This document shows positions 1-11,511 of a stretch of DNA of 64,000 nucleotides, one piece after another. Below the pieces are notes generated by a model, which was not told the DNA's origin, ran no database searches, and saw nothing but the letters and a program-made list of their open reading frames with translations. The stretch covers positions 288,001 to 352,000 of the forward strand of contig CAVYRH010000026.1 of NCBI GenBank assembly GCA_963770835.1, read 5' to 3'. This DNA is from an uncultured Pseudomonadota bacterium (lineage in GTDB: Bacteria; Oederibacteriota; Muellerivitia; Muellerivitales; Muellerivitaceae). Every line of letters starts with the position of its first letter. Position 1 is the first letter of the stretch. Made by a program: the position numbers and the translations under genes.

Positions 1-2
1 CC

Positions 3-1811
3 TCCACCGCCAGTTCCACGGCCACGGCAACGGCCACTTTTACGTCCACCGCGACGGCGACCTCAAGCCCCACCAGCAGCCGGACCCCGACCTCCACTCA
101 CACCATAACCCTGACCGCGACCGCCACTTCCACGGCTTTAGCGACGGACTCCCCCACCCAAAGCTTCACTGCCACCCTGTCCTCCACCACCACCCCGACA
201 GCCACCGTGACGGGTACGGCCTCAGCCACCGGAACTTCCACGGTGACCGCCACCAGTTCGATGACGGCTAGCGCGACAGCTTCCTTTACACAAAGCTGGA
301 CGTCGACCCTTACTGCCAGCGGAACGCCGACCTCATCGCCCACCGCCACCTTTTCTTGGACTCGAACTTCCACTTCCACAGCGACTTCGACCTCCACGAA
401 TAGCGCCACTTCTACGTTGACGGCTACGCCGTCAAGTACTTCTACGGGCACATCCACCTCGACGCTGACCGGTACACCCACCGCCACCCTTAGCCCGACC
501 TTGACCGCCACCGTCACTTCCACCCTCTCTAGCACGGGAACCCCCACCCGTACGGCCACACTCTCCCCCACGTCCACGTCCACCCTTACCGCGACAGATA
601 GAGATACACCCACGATCACCTTTACCCCCACCCGCACAGCCAGTTTCACGCCGACTTGGACGCCCACCCTTTCCGCGACCTCCACGGCCACCGCCACTAT
701 CACCTTCACTCCGACCCCCACCCACTCCCCAACGCCGACCCATTCCCCCACTCTGACCTCCACCGCCACCCCAACGGGCACCTTTACCCGAACAGCCACA
801 CCCAGCCCAACCTCCACCCCCACCTTCAGCCCGACGATCACCTTCACCCCGACTATCACCCCGACACCCACCAGGACGGGCACCCCCCTTCCTTTCGCCC
901 CCATTACGTTTAAAATCGGCGTCTATAACGGAGCGGGAGAGCTCGTCAAATACATCCTGGTCACCTCCATCTCCGCGCCCGTCGAATCCATCCAGCTTTC
1001 CGCCCCGGTGGAAACCAGCTTGAACGGGGTTATATCGGTTTACGTGCAGGGCAAGTTGGTGGCTTCCTGGGATGGAACCAACGGAAGCGGTACACCGGTC
1101 ACCAACGGCACCTATTACCTCACTGCCCAAAGCATCGACCCCGCGGGGGTGGTGACCACGGTCACCCAGACGGTAACCGTCAGCCGGACCCTTTCCACCG
1201 TGGCTGTGGAGGTTTACAACGAATCGGGCGAGGTGATCCGGCACCTTTATGAAACGGTGGTGGATTCGACGGAGGGCTCCATCCAATCCGTTCAACTTTC
1301 CGCCTCCCTCATCGAACCGGGCTCCACCTCGGCCGGGATGCCGTCCTCCGCCACCATCCAGGTCGCCCTCCCCAACAACGAGAGCTTCACCGTGGTTTGG
1401 GACGGGAGGGACGATTCGGGAAATCCCGTCACCAACGGCCAGTATTTCGTGGAAGCTTCCTGGAAGGGGGGGCCGGGTGACAGCGCCCAAGTGGTCACCC
1501 GGGACATCGCGGTGGAAAACAGCGGAAGGAGCCTGGCAGGCGGCAAAGTTTATGCCCTTCCCAATATCCTCCAAGGCGGACAGGCGGAAACGGTTTTCCG
1601 GATCGACAGTGCCTCCAACCTCACCCTGAAGGTGAAGCTTTATGACACGGCGGGCGAGAGGGTGGCTTCCTTCGACGGCCCGGCCGGGTCCAACGAGGCC
1701 GCCTTCGACGCGGCACGCCTTGCCAGCGGGTTTTATATCGCCCTAGTGGAACTGGATGACGCCGCCGGTCCGGTTGAACACCAAACCGCCCACCTCGTGA
1801 TCAAGCGTTGA
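3..1811 (+). CDS. 5'-truncated secreted protein: Thr/Ser/Pro stalk, two tandem FlgD-Ig-like domains, C-terminal sorting-like domain
   Basis: Frame open from position 3, so the true start lies outside the window. T/P/S-rich to ~895, then two WDG-x4-G-x-PVTNG-x-Y motifs ([34 protein letters not shown]) and terminal ALPN...[10 protein letters not shown]...LVIKR. Confidence 0.8.
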   Translation, partial: STASSTATATATFTSTATATSSPTSSRTPTSTHTITLTATATSTALATDSPTQSFTATLSSTTTPTATVTGTASATGTSTVTATSSMTASATASFTQSWTSTLTASGTPTSSPTATFSWTRTSTSTATSTSTNSATSTLTATPSSTSTGTSTSTLTGTPTATLSPTLTATVTSTLSSTGTPTRTATLSPTSTSTLTATDRDTPTITFTPTRTASFTPTWTPTLSATSTATATITFTPTPTHSPTPTHSPTLTSTATPTGTFTRTATPSPTSTPTFSPTITFTPTITPTPTRTGTPLPFAPITFKIGVYNGAGELVKYILVTSISAPVESIQLSAPVETSLNGVISVYVQGKLVASWDGTNGSGTPVTNGTYYLTAQSIDPAGVVTTVTQTVTVSRTLSTVAVEVYNESGEVIRHLYETVVDSTEGSIQSVQLSASLIEPGSTSAGMPSSATIQVALPNNESFTVVWDGRDDSGNPVTNGQYFVEASWKGGPGDSAQVVTRDIAVENSGRSLAGGKVYALPNILQGGQAETVFRIDSASNLTLKVKLYDTAGERVASFDGPAGSNEAAFDAARLASGFYIALVELDDAAGPVEHQTAHLVIKR

Positions 1812-2053
1812 ATCGGTCCCCTCCGGTTTAACTGCCTTTTCCCACATTCGCCTGAAATTCCAGGGTTTCCGCGGGTCCCAACCGCCGATTTTGGAGCCGG
1901 GGGATTCCGTTTAACGGTTTTGTCTTTTTCCAAGACTTCCCGGCAGGCAGTTTAGTGTTAAAATTTTTCCGCAGGGATTGGCAGCAATCCGCGGATATTT
2001 TTTACCGCTAAATTCCCCCAATTCCTTCCGCTTCGAAGGTCATTGGGACAATC

Positions 2054-5000
2054 ATGAAAAAGTCTAAAATCCTTTTTATTTCGGCTTTTCTCTCGGCTTC
2101 GCCGCTTTTCGCCTCCACAGTCACTTTTACGGTCGATCCCACGCGCAATAACGTTCCCATCTCCCCCTATATCTACGGTTCCAACAGCCCCATCACCTAC
2201 ACCCTCGCGAACGGCACCGTCACTTTCGTCAACCACAGCTATTACCGCTCGGGCGGGAACCGGCTTTCAGCCTACAACTGGGAGACCAACTGGTCGAACG
2301 CCGGCAGCGACTACTATTACGAGAACGATACCCTGATGGGGACCGAGGCTGACGGGTCAGGATGGACCTATACCTCCTTTCACACCCAAAACAAGGCCAT
2401 GGGCGCGGATTCGCTCGTGACGATTCCGATGGCCGGCTACGTTTCAGCCAACGGCGAGCCCGCCGTGCAGGTGCCGAACGCCGATTTCATGGCCGCCCCC
2501 GGCCTGGCTGATCCCCACGGCAACTTCTTCCCGATCTCTTTCGTGAAACCCGGGTTCCCCGGATCCTACGCCGACCCTCCCAACTTGACCGACGGCCAGG
2601 TTTACGACGATGAGATGGTTAATTTCCTCGTCAAGCACTTGGGTGCCTCGACCGGGGGTGGGATCAAGTTTTACGACCTGGACAATGAGCCTGGCGCCTG
2701 GTCCAGCACCCACGCCGAAGTCCACAATTACCCGGTGAGTTTCTTGGAGGTGGCGATGAAGGGGGTGACCGTGGCCACCCAGACGACGGCGCTCGACCCG
2801 GGGGCGCAGATCCTGGGCCCGGTGGCGGACGGATGGACGGACATGATCAACCTGGGCGGTGCGCCCGACGCGGGGAACTACTCCAGCTACAACAACAATA
2901 ACTGGGTCCCCTTCCTCAACTACTACCTGGCCACCATGAAGCAAGCCTCCAGCGCCGCGGGACGAAGGCTCCTGCACTACCTCGACTGCCACGTCTACTC
3001 CGAAGGCACCGACGCCGGGGGGAACCGCGTCAATGACGCCGACGTCAGCCAGGACGCGGCCACCACCCGCATGCAGCTCCCCCGGGAAATGTGGGACCCC
3101 ACCTTCACCGAGAACAACTGGATCTCCTGCTGCGTACCTGCCTATGGCCCCCTGACCCTCATCCCGCGCCTGCAGGGGGCGGTCAGCCAATACTACCCCG
3201 GCACCAACCTCGCCTTCTCAGAATACGACTACGGGGGAGGGGGGGACATCTCGGGCGGCATCGCCCAGGCGGATTTTTTGGGCATCCTGACCCAGTACCC
3301 CAACATGATGGCCTCCATCTGGGACGTGGGCGCAGGCGACCAGTACCTGGGCTGCGCCTTCAACTTTTACCTCAACTACGACAGTGCGGGCACCCGTTTT
3401 GGCGACACGTCGGTCTACGCCAATTCCAACAACGTGCCCGAATGCACGGTTTACGCCGCCAAGGACAGCGCCCATCCCAACCACTTGAACGTCATCGTCC
3501 TGAACAAGGACTATAGCAACAACAACACCGCCAGCGTCACCTTGAGCAACCTGGGGACTTCCGCGATTTCTTCCATCCGCGCCTTCCGTTTCGATTCGGC
3601 CATTTCGGTCATCTCCACCTCGACCGCCCCCTCTTTTACGGCCAACAGCTTCACCGACACCCTCCCCTTTCGTTCCGCCACCCTTTATGAACTCACCTTA
3701 AGTCAAAGCTTCGCCACCTCGACCTCCACCAACAGCCCCACTGCTTCTTCGACCCCCACGTCCACCCCCAGTTCCACGCCCACGGCCACGGGAACACTTG
3801 CCACGGCCACCAAGACTGCCACAACCACTCCCAGTGCGACCCTCACCAACAGCCCTACCGTCACCTCCAGCCCCACCGCCACGGTGGTTTGCACCAGCCT
3901 TTTCAACAGCTGCGACAGCCTGACGGCCAACGGCACTTGGTCTGGAACCAACGCCACCCGGTCCATTTCCACGACTCCTGCCGATCTCACCCAGGGAACG
4001 GGATCGTTGCAGGTGGCCGTGGCTACCGGAGCCACTTGGAACGACCAGATGTTCGACCTGAATAACTTTTCCCCCTCCAATTGGACGGGGGTCAGTCAAT
4101 TGATGCTGGATGTTTATGTCCCGGCCAGCCTCTTGGCGGGGACCACCTATAACAACCTGTATCTATTCGCGAGTTCGGCGGCAGTGGGGGAAAACTCCAT
4201 CTCGGCCGATGGGCCCTCGCTAGTGGCGGGGTGGAACAAAAACTTGACCTTCAACATCGACTTTACCCAAGGATCCATTACACCGGGGTCGGCCTTGATC
4301 GAGTTATTTTTCATTTTCAGCAGTTCGGGAACGAACACGGGAACCCTTTACGTGGACAATATCCGCCTGGTCCAGAACTGCGCCCCCACCGCCACTCCCA
4401 CCGGTTCCACCCCGACTCCCACCGGCACGCCCACCGCCAGCGCGACCCGGACCCCCACCCTGACTGTCACCCAAACCGCCACGCCCAGCCCCAGCCAGAC
4501 TGCCACACTGACCCCCACTTGGACGGCCACCAATACGGCCGGCAATACTTTCACACCCACTTTCTCGCCCACCTCTAGCCCCACAGCGACGCCTTCCAGC
4601 ACCCGTACGAACAGCCCGACCCTGACGGTTTCCGCGACCGCCACCAACTCGGCAACGCCGACCTCCACGGGAACCCCCAGTAACACGGCCACTTCTTCGG
4701 CCACCGAAACCCCCACCAAAACAACCACCTCCACTTCCACCCCAACGCAAAGCAATACGCCCTCCAACACCTCTACTTTGACTTCCACCGCCTCCCCCAC
4801 CAACAGCGACACCTTATCGCCCACGGCCACAATTTCGATGACGCCCACGGTGTCCTTTACCGCTTCACCCACCAGCACGCCCACCCTCTCCCCCACCGGA
4901 ACGCTGCCCACGGCCACCGATTCCCCCACATTAACCCCGAGTTCCACCCCGACCTCGACCACCACCAAAACCACCACATCCACAGCCACTTCCTCCCTGA

Positions 5001-6067
5001 CGAATACGACTACCCAAACAGCCACCAGTTCGGTGACGGCCACTCCGTCCCTCACTCCCAGCCGCACAGCCACGAATACCGTCACCTCTAGCACTACTTT
5101 CACCGCTACGATGACGACCACTCCGACGACGTCCAATACACCAACCGGTACCCCCACCAATACATTGGTCAACACGGGCACTCCCACCCTCACCGCTACC
5201 AGCTCACCAACTTCCTCCCCCACCCAAGTGACCCTTTCCGTTTCAACCGGACCGGCCCCTCCCTCCAGCTCCACCCAACTGCCCGGGGCTTCCAACATAC
5301 CTGTGATGCAGTTCCGGCTGGTCAACGGGAACAGCGTACCCGTTTCCATCACCAGCATCCAATTGACGGCCTTAGGCAGCGGGCAGGACGCATCGGGTAT
5401 CATCAGCGTGGCCATCTATGAGGACAACAACCATGACGGAATTGTGGACGCGGGGGACAGCTTGCTGGGGACCGGTGCGTATCCCTCCGACAATGGAACC
5501 CTCACCATTGCCGTCAGTAGCGTGATAAATCCCGCGTTAGGATTCCAAGATTACCTGGTGGTGTACAACTTCAGCACGTCGGCCCCAACGGGGACCTATT
5601 CCACCCAAATACCCGCACCCTCGGGCGTCAATCTTTCAACAGGGCAACCAGTCCTTTTCTATTGGAATCCGGTCACGCGCGCGACTATCACGATCGCCGA
5701 CGCGACGCCTACAACGACCGCTACCCCGACCGCCACTCCTACCTTGACGTCGACAGTCCAACCGATAGGTACTCCAACGCCTCACCCATTAGCGACCCAG
5801 GTGGTCCTGTATCCCAACCCCTCGAACGGCACTGAACCCCTCTTTATCGCCGTTCCTTTGACAGCCCCCGCCGACGTCAAAGTACAAATCTTTACGACCG
5901 CCTTCCGGAAGGTTCAGGAAAAAACTTACCCAAGCCAACCGGTTGGCATTCCGGTTTCCATTACCTTAAACGACAGGGAGGGGACCCCCCTCGCCAGCGG
6001 CCTTTACTACGTGGTTGTAATCACACCCCAAGGCCGGTCCATCGGGAAGTTGCTCATATTGAGGTAG
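2054..6067 (+). CDS. GH44 endoglucanase/xyloglucanase with CBM-like module, T/P stalks and C-terminal sorting domain
   Basis: Signal peptide. GH44 motifs [32 protein letters not shown] (acid/base) and FSEYDYG (nucleophile). Jelly-roll-like module ending LYVDNIRL. C-terminal YPNP...LASGLYYV...KLLILR. Confidence 0.85.
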   Translation: MKKSKILFISAFLSASPLFASTVTFTVDPTRNNVPISPYIYGSNSPITYTLANGTVTFVNHSYYRSGGNRLSAYNWETNWSNAGSDYYYENDTLMGTEADGSGWTYTSFHTQNKAMGADSLVTIPMAGYVSANGEPAVQVPNADFMAAPGLADPHGNFFPISFVKPGFPGSYADPPNLTDGQVYDDEMVNFLVKHLGASTGGGIKFYDLDNEPGAWSSTHAEVHNYPVSFLEVAMKGVTVATQTTALDPGAQILGPVADGWTDMINLGGAPDAGNYSSYNNNNWVPFLNYYLATMKQASSAAGRRLLHYLDCHVYSEGTDAGGNRVNDADVSQDAATTRMQLPREMWDPTFTENNWISCCVPAYGPLTLIPRLQGAVSQYYPGTNLAFSEYDYGGGGDISGGIAQADFLGILTQYPNMMASIWDVGAGDQYLGCAFNFYLNYDSAGTRFGDTSVYANSNNVPECTVYAAKDSAHPNHLNVIVLNKDYSNNNTASVTLSNLGTSAISSIRAFRFDSAISVISTSTAPSFTANSFTDTLPFRSATLYELTLSQSFATSTSTNSPTASSTPTSTPSSTPTATGTLATATKTATTTPSATLTNSPTVTSSPTATVVCTSLFNSCDSLTANGTWSGTNATRSISTTPADLTQGTGSLQVAVATGATWNDQMFDLNNFSPSNWTGVSQLMLDVYVPASLLAGTTYNNLYLFASSAAVGENSISADGPSLVAGWNKNLTFNIDFTQGSITPGSALIELFFIFSSSGTNTGTLYVDNIRLVQNCAPTATPTGSTPTPTGTPTASATRTPTLTVTQTATPSPSQTATLTPTWTATNTAGNTFTPTFSPTSSPTATPSSTRTNSPTLTVSATATNSATPTSTGTPSNTATSSATETPTKTTTSTSTPTQSNTPSNTSTLTSTASPTNSDTLSPTATISMTPTVSFTASPTSTPTLSPTGTLPTATDSPTLTPSSTPTSTTTKTTTSTATSSLTNTTTQTATSSVTATPSLTPSRTATNTVTSSTTFTATMTTTPTTSNTPTGTPTNTLVNTGTPTLTATSSPTSSPTQVTLSVSTGPAPPSSSTQLPGASNIPVMQFRLVNGNSVPVSITSIQLTALGSGQDASGIISVAIYEDNNHDGIVDAGDSLLGTGAYPSDNGTLTIAVSSVINPALGFQDYLVVYNFSTSAPTGTYSTQIPAPSGVNLSTGQPVLFYWNPVTRATITIADATPTTTATPTATPTLTSTVQPIGTPTPHPLATQVVLYPNPSNGTEPLFIAVPLTAPADVKVQIFTTAFRKVQEKTYPSQPVGIPVSITLNDREGTPLASGLYYVVVITPQGRSIGKLLILR

Positions 6068-6320
6068 GGGCCAAAAGTGGGAAATATCGGTAAAACCAGC
6101 CAAAATGTGTTCATACAGTGATATTCTTAAGAAATAAAATCCGTTTCACCCGTCAATAAAGCGAACTTATCAGTCGATTGGATATGAGCCCATGCATCCC
6201 TTAGCCCGGTTTAAACCCTTCCTAGCTCTTTTCCTTGCCCTGGCTTGCCCCGTTTTTCTAAAAGCCCAGCCGGTACGGGGCGTGGCGGGCGACCTTTGGG
6301 CCGACGTGGTCCTGGGCCAG
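5741..6320 (+). repeat. Direct repeat copy 1 (CTD-coding region + 124-bp intergenic + next gene 5' end); copy 2 at 10932-11511
   Basis: Colinear at constant offset 5191. Intergenic 6068-6191 vs 11259-11382 differs at only about 3 positions. Confidence 0.95.
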
Positions 6321-9300
6321 GGAGACTATGGAATCCCCAACTCGGCCTTCGGCCAGACCAAGTTCAACGAGGCCACGGCGGGAAGCCTTTTCAACCCGGC
6401 CAGCGCCACCGTCGATCCCCAGCACGGGATCCTGTACGTGTTCGACGCGGGCAACAACCGGGTCCTGGGGCTCCCGGTCTCCCAGATATCCTCCAACCCC
6501 GCTTCCAACCAGCCGGGCTTCAACGCGACGGTGGTCCTAGGCCAGCCGGACTTCCAGCATACGGGGTGCAACCACGACTCCAACTGGCAGACCTATCCCA
6601 CGCCGGTCCCTGCCAGTTCCACCTGCCTTTGCGGCCTGAGGTACGACCTGGAAAGCCTCGCCGAGGTCTGGACCGGGGGCAACATGGCCGTGGACGGACA
6701 GGGGAACCTCTACGTGCCGGATTTTTTCAACAACCGCGTGCTGCGTTACAACTGGGCCGACATCAGCGCTTTCCAACCCGGCACGGCGGTCACCGCCGCA
6801 GGGGTCTGGGGACAGGCCGATTTTACCTCCGTCCAGCCCAACCAGGGCAACAGCACACCTTCGGCCTCCACAATCCAGTTTTATCCGTCGCCCGATTGGC
6901 GGGACGGGGTGGGAACGGATGATTGGGGAAACCTTTGGGTGGCGGACAACGGCAACAACCGGGTCCTGCGTTTTCCCAACCTCAACGCGCCCAACCCGGG
7001 GCTTCCCGCCCCCACCGCGGACGTGGTGCTGGGCCAGGCATCCTTCACGGGTAATGCCAACACGAACATGTATTCCCCTCTCTCCGTCAGGGTGGACAAG
7101 GCGGGGGACGTCTATACGACAGCTTTTCTCAATGGGAGCGCCACCAGCCGCGCGGTGATGATTTATAAGCCCACGGGTTACGCAACTAGCGGAGAGCCTA
7201 TTTATGGGACCAACATGGCGACAGTGCCCAGCGTTTCCATTTCCGCCACCTCGGGTAGCCCTCTGGGATTGGAGTGGGACGCCCCACCCACCGTCGTGGG
7301 CGGGGTCACGCTGGGTGGCATCGGGAGCGCCCCCTCGGAGGGAACTACCGGCGGATTGTGGGTTTCCTACCTGAACGGATACAGCAGTTACCTCGTCCTC
7401 TATCAGCTCGCCCTTGGAAAAACAACGCCCCCTTCAATCACTTCCAAGGCCGTTAAGGCGCTGATGAGCGACAACCTTCTGGGGCCCGCATCGGGGGGGA
7501 CCACGGGGGACCAAGCGCCTTACCTGTTCTCCGACCTGACGGGAAACGCCGCCAACAGCTGGAACATCGGCGATATCGACGGCTCCGTGGGCGTGGATAG
7601 TCTGGGAAACGTCTTTGTCTCCGGCGGCTTCGTGGGAGGCAACCAGGACGTTTGGCGTTATCCCGCACCCATCCCCACGCCCCACGCCGGCACTGCCCAT
7701 TCGGCAGATGTGGATGTGATGAAACCCTACCGGTACCAACTTCAGAATTCCCCCGGATACCACGGCATGGATTACGCGGTGGGCATCGCCATCGCCTCAT
7801 ATAACGGGGTGACCCAGGTGGTGGAATCGGACTCCCTCGTCCGCTTTTGGGACATGCCCTCGGGCGGTCCGGCGGCCTTCCAAAACGGCCCCCCGGTGGA
7901 CGGGCTTATCGGGGGCAGCCCCCAATCCCCCCTGACCGGCGGGGGTTTCGGCCGGGTCAAGGCCGACAAAGTCGGGCACCTATGGGCTATCGCGCCGGGG
8001 GGGACCCAGCTTTGGATTTACAAGCTCCCCCTCATCAACGGGGAATCGGCATCCCAAACCCTTTCCCTGGGCAGCCCCATCCCCCTGCTCGGGGGCGGTT
8101 CGGTCAGCCTGACCAATAGTTCCACCTACCCGGGCCACACGGAAGGCCTGGCGGTCGCCCCGTACGCCAGTTACCTATGGTTCACGGACGCTTATGCCAG
8201 CCGGGTGATGCGCATCCGCAACCCCCTGACGGCCCCGGTGGTGGACATCGTCCTGGGCCAGCCCAATTCCACCTCTACCACGACCGACTACCCCAGCGGG
8301 ACGCCCAGCCAAACCAACCTGAACTACCCGGGATCGGCGGTGCTGGACCAGTACGGCAACTTATTCGTGGGCGACCATTCGCTGGAGTTCAACGGGGACG
8401 GGCGACTGCTGCGCTATGACGTAGATACCATCCAGAACAACTCCACGACCGCCCGCTTCGCCGTGCCGGCCTCGGGGGTTTACGGGGTGGGAGGGCTGCA
8501 CAACTTCACCTCGGCGGGGGATACCAACCCCCAAAACGCCTCCATCGCCAACCCTTGGGAACCGGCCATCAGCCCGGGCGACGGCGCGCTGGTGGCGGGC
8601 TCGGACGCCCAAACCTACCCCTACAACAACATGCTGGTGGTGTTGGCCAATCCGCTGGTGTCCGACGACCCGATCACCCATTTGAACGACTTCGACCTGC
8701 AGTCCTATTCGGCGACTTTCGACGACACCGGGAACCTTTATGTGGCCAACCACAACCGCAGCCGCGTCTTCGTGTACCTCAAGCCCTTCGAAACGTCCTA
8801 TCCCACTCCCACCCTCACCCCCACCAATATCCAGCCCTGCTGCCAGACGATCTGGGACGACCCCCAAGGAAATACCATCTTCAACAACTCCACCTACGGC
8901 CTGGCCTATAACCCCGCCGGGCCCGGCACTCTTTACGTGGGAGGGGGCACTTCGATCATCGCGGTCAACCCCGCCACGGGGACGTCCCTGGGAACGGTTC
9001 CGGTAGCCGCGGGGATCTTTAACGGTGTCATGGCCATGGCTATGGGAGTGTCCCTGCCCCAATACCTCTACGCGGGGGACCAGTCGTCGGTGCATAAAAT
9101 CCTGGTTCCGGGCGGAAGCTCGCCGGTTTCCTTCCCCATCGGCTCCACCGTCATGGCCATTGGCGTGGACGGCGCCGACAACGACGACCTTTACGTGGGA
9201 GCCATCTCGAACAGCGTTTATAAGGTTACCGGGGGGACGGTGACGGCCCTCACGCTTTCCGGAAGCCCGACGATCGTAGGCCTGGGCGGCGTGCTGTTGG

Positions 9301-11258
9301 AAGGCGGGGACGCGGCCCCCCTTACCCTTTACGTCACCGATATCGGGAGTGCGGACGCCCTGGAGTTCGTCCAGGATTCAACGGGTGTCGCCGGCAGCAC
9401 CACTTTTAACTTCATCAGCACGAAGCAGGCGGGGAACCTGGAATTTCCCCACCAAATGGCCCGGGACGCGGAGGGGAACATCTACCTGTCCCAGACGGGC
9501 CGCTATTTCCTCTTCGACCCATCCTTCAATTACATCTCCACCTGCCTCACTTCGCCGGTCGTGCCGGACGCCCAAGGCATCGCGGTGGACCCCCAAGGCG
9601 GGGTCTACGTGGGATCGAGCGGGGACAACCATGCCCTGCTGAAGCTCGGCTGCCCGCCGCCGACCCCCACGCCCTTGACCACCCCGACCCCCACCGTGAC
9701 CTTGACGCCGACGGTCAGCCCGACCCCCACGCCCACCCCGGTCTTGGCCCAATTGGCCTGCTCCTCCGCTTCCGCTTGGGCGGATTCGGTCCCCGAGGGG
9801 ATGGCCTTGGACGGTTCCAACAACCTCTATGTGGTGGACGGGTCCTCCAACCAAATCGACGTCTTTAATTCCGGAGGTTCGCTCGCCCCGAGTATGGGGG
9901 CAGGAAAACTGAATTCCCCGGAGGGTGTGGCGGTGGACGGAAACGGCTATCTTTACGTCACGGACCAGTACCTGAACCAAGTCTTCCTCTTCAATCCCAA
10001 TGGAACACCCCTGACGCAGTGGGGCTCCATCGGCAGCGCCCCGGGCCAATTCATCACGCCCTACGGCATCGCGGTCACGTCCACTTCCGCCGGCACCACG
10101 GTTTTCGTGGCGGACCAGGGCAACCAGAGGGTCCAGGAGTTCCTGGTCCAATTCTCGCCCGCCTTGTCGATATCCAGCCCGGCCGCGCCCTGGGGGACGG
10201 GGGGGACGGGCGGCCACGGGACATTCGGTTCCCCCGCGGGGGTGGCGTTGGATGCCTCCGGCAACGTCTACGTGGCGGATATGGATACGGGCCTGGTCCA
10301 GGCCTTCAACGGCCAGGGCACCTGGCAAAACCAATGGGACGCGACTGCTGGCACGGCCTTGTTGACCGCCAACTTCCTTTCGATCTACCACCAATGCCTG
10401 GTTTACGTGACGGACGGCTTCGGTACCGTGGGAGTGTTCGACACCAACGGCAATGCGATGGGTTCGGTTCCGGGTCCAGGGCCGGGGAACGATTTTTACG
10501 ATACCGAGGGCGTCGTGGCGGGCAACGGCGGTTGGTTCGTGGCCGACCAGGGCACGGGCCAAATTTACGGGTTCGGGCAATGCCCGGTGACTTCCTGCTG
10601 GACGAGCCTGCCGACCTCAACCCCTACCGCGACCGCCAGTTCGACCCCCACGAGTTCGGCCACCTTGACCCCGACTTTTACAACGGCAGTCACCCCTTCT
10701 TCCACGGCGACCTGGACCCCGACAGCCACCCCCACCCTTACTCCCACGGATACGGCAACGGCTTCGCCAAGCCTCACGGCCACCAACTCCCCAACCTGGA
10801 CGGCCACCTCTACCGGAACTCTCCTCCCTACTTCGACGGCCACTTCCACGCCCACGGTAACCCTCTCAGCCACCCCCACCAATACCCTGGCCAGCACGGC
10901 CACCCCCACGGCCACTCCCACCCTGACGCCTACCTTAACATCGACAGCCCAGCCGACCAACATTCCAACGCCCCACCCATCAACGACCCAAGTGGTCCTG
11001 TATCCCAACCCCTCGAATGGAACCCAACCGCTCCTCATCGCGGTTCCGTTGACCGCTCCCGCCGACGTCAAAGTGCAAATCTTCACGACCGCCTTCCGCA
11101 AGGTGCAGGAGAAAAACTATCCGAGTCAACCGGTTGGCATTCCGGTTTCCATCACCTTAAACGACAGGGAGGGGACTCCCCTCGCCAGCGGCCTTTACTA
11201 CGTGGTTGTAATCACACCCCAAGGCCGGTCCATCGGGAAGTTGCTCATATTGAGGTAG
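6192..11258 (+). CDS. Large secreted NHL-repeat (beta-propeller) protein with T/P stalk and C-terminal sorting domain
   Basis: Signal peptide (LKA|Q). Repeated ADVVLGQ-DF and D-GNLYV-D--NNRVLR units, later PEGVAVDGNGYLYVTD-type NHL repeats. YPNP CTD nearly identical to that of the GH44. Confidence 0.85.
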   Translation: MHPLARFKPFLALFLALACPVFLKAQPVRGVAGDLWADVVLGQGDYGIPNSAFGQTKFNEATAGSLFNPASATVDPQHGILYVFDAGNNRVLGLPVSQISSNPASNQPGFNATVVLGQPDFQHTGCNHDSNWQTYPTPVPASSTCLCGLRYDLESLAEVWTGGNMAVDGQGNLYVPDFFNNRVLRYNWADISAFQPGTAVTAAGVWGQADFTSVQPNQGNSTPSASTIQFYPSPDWRDGVGTDDWGNLWVADNGNNRVLRFPNLNAPNPGLPAPTADVVLGQASFTGNANTNMYSPLSVRVDKAGDVYTTAFLNGSATSRAVMIYKPTGYATSGEPIYGTNMATVPSVSISATSGSPLGLEWDAPPTVVGGVTLGGIGSAPSEGTTGGLWVSYLNGYSSYLVLYQLALGKTTPPSITSKAVKALMSDNLLGPASGGTTGDQAPYLFSDLTGNAANSWNIGDIDGSVGVDSLGNVFVSGGFVGGNQDVWRYPAPIPTPHAGTAHSADVDVMKPYRYQLQNSPGYHGMDYAVGIAIASYNGVTQVVESDSLVRFWDMPSGGPAAFQNGPPVDGLIGGSPQSPLTGGGFGRVKADKVGHLWAIAPGGTQLWIYKLPLINGESASQTLSLGSPIPLLGGGSVSLTNSSTYPGHTEGLAVAPYASYLWFTDAYASRVMRIRNPLTAPVVDIVLGQPNSTSTTTDYPSGTPSQTNLNYPGSAVLDQYGNLFVGDHSLEFNGDGRLLRYDVDTIQNNSTTARFAVPASGVYGVGGLHNFTSAGDTNPQNASIANPWEPAISPGDGALVAGSDAQTYPYNNMLVVLANPLVSDDPITHLNDFDLQSYSATFDDTGNLYVANHNRSRVFVYLKPFETSYPTPTLTPTNIQPCCQTIWDDPQGNTIFNNSTYGLAYNPAGPGTLYVGGGTSIIAVNPATGTSLGTVPVAAGIFNGVMAMAMGVSLPQYLYAGDQSSVHKILVPGGSSPVSFPIGSTVMAIGVDGADNDDLYVGAISNSVYKVTGGTVTALTLSGSPTIVGLGGVLLEGGDAAPLTLYVTDIGSADALEFVQDSTGVAGSTTFNFISTKQAGNLEFPHQMARDAEGNIYLSQTGRYFLFDPSFNYISTCLTSPVVPDAQGIAVDPQGGVYVGSSGDNHALLKLGCPPPTPTPLTTPTPTVTLTPTVSPTPTPTPVLAQLACSSASAWADSVPEGMALDGSNNLYVVDGSSNQIDVFNSGGSLAPSMGAGKLNSPEGVAVDGNGYLYVTDQYLNQVFLFNPNGTPLTQWGSIGSAPGQFITPYGIAVTSTSAGTTVFVADQGNQRVQEFLVQFSPALSISSPAAPWGTGGTGGHGTFGSPAGVALDASGNVYVADMDTGLVQAFNGQGTWQNQWDATAGTALLTANFLSIYHQCLVYVTDGFGTVGVFDTNGNAMGSVPGPGPGNDFYDTEGVVAGNGGWFVADQGTGQIYGFGQCPVTSCWTSLPTSTPTATASSTPTSSATLTPTFTTAVTPSSTATWTPTATPTLTPTDTATASPSLTATNSPTWTATSTGTLLPTSTATSTPTVTLSATPTNTLASTATPTATPTLTPTLTSTAQPTNIPTPHPSTTQVVLYPNPSNGTQPLLIAVPLTAPADVKVQIFTTAFRKVQEKNYPSQPVGIPVSITLNDREGTPLASGLYYVVVITPQGRSIGKLLILR

Positions 11259-11511
11259 TGGCCAAAAGCGGGAAATATCGGTAAAACCGGCCAAAATGTG
11301 TTCATACAGTGATATTCTTAAGAAATAAAATCCGTTTCACCCGTCAATAAAGCGAACTTATCAGTCGATTGGATATGAGCCCATGTATTCCTTGGCCCGG
11401 TTCAAAACCTTCCTTCCGTTTTTTCTTTTGTTTTTCCTACCCGCCTTTTCTCAGGCCCAGCCGGTGCGGGGCGTGGCGGGCGACCTTTGGGCCGACCTGG
11501 TTTTGGGCCAG
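10932..11511 (+). repeat. Direct repeat copy 2 of 5741-6320
   Basis: Same CTD codons, same intergenic region, same QPVRGVAGDLWAD start of the downstream gene. Confidence 0.95.

Noticed and set aside
5418..5460. [13 protein letters not shown] as a dockerin, implying a cellulosome
   Set aside because: Single loop, not the duplicated dockerin repeat. No cohesins seen.
5741..11511. Repeat pairs as a diversity-generating retroelement TR/VR
   Set aside because: No reverse transcriptase in the window, differences do not appear adenine-specific, and the repeats include intergenic DNA.
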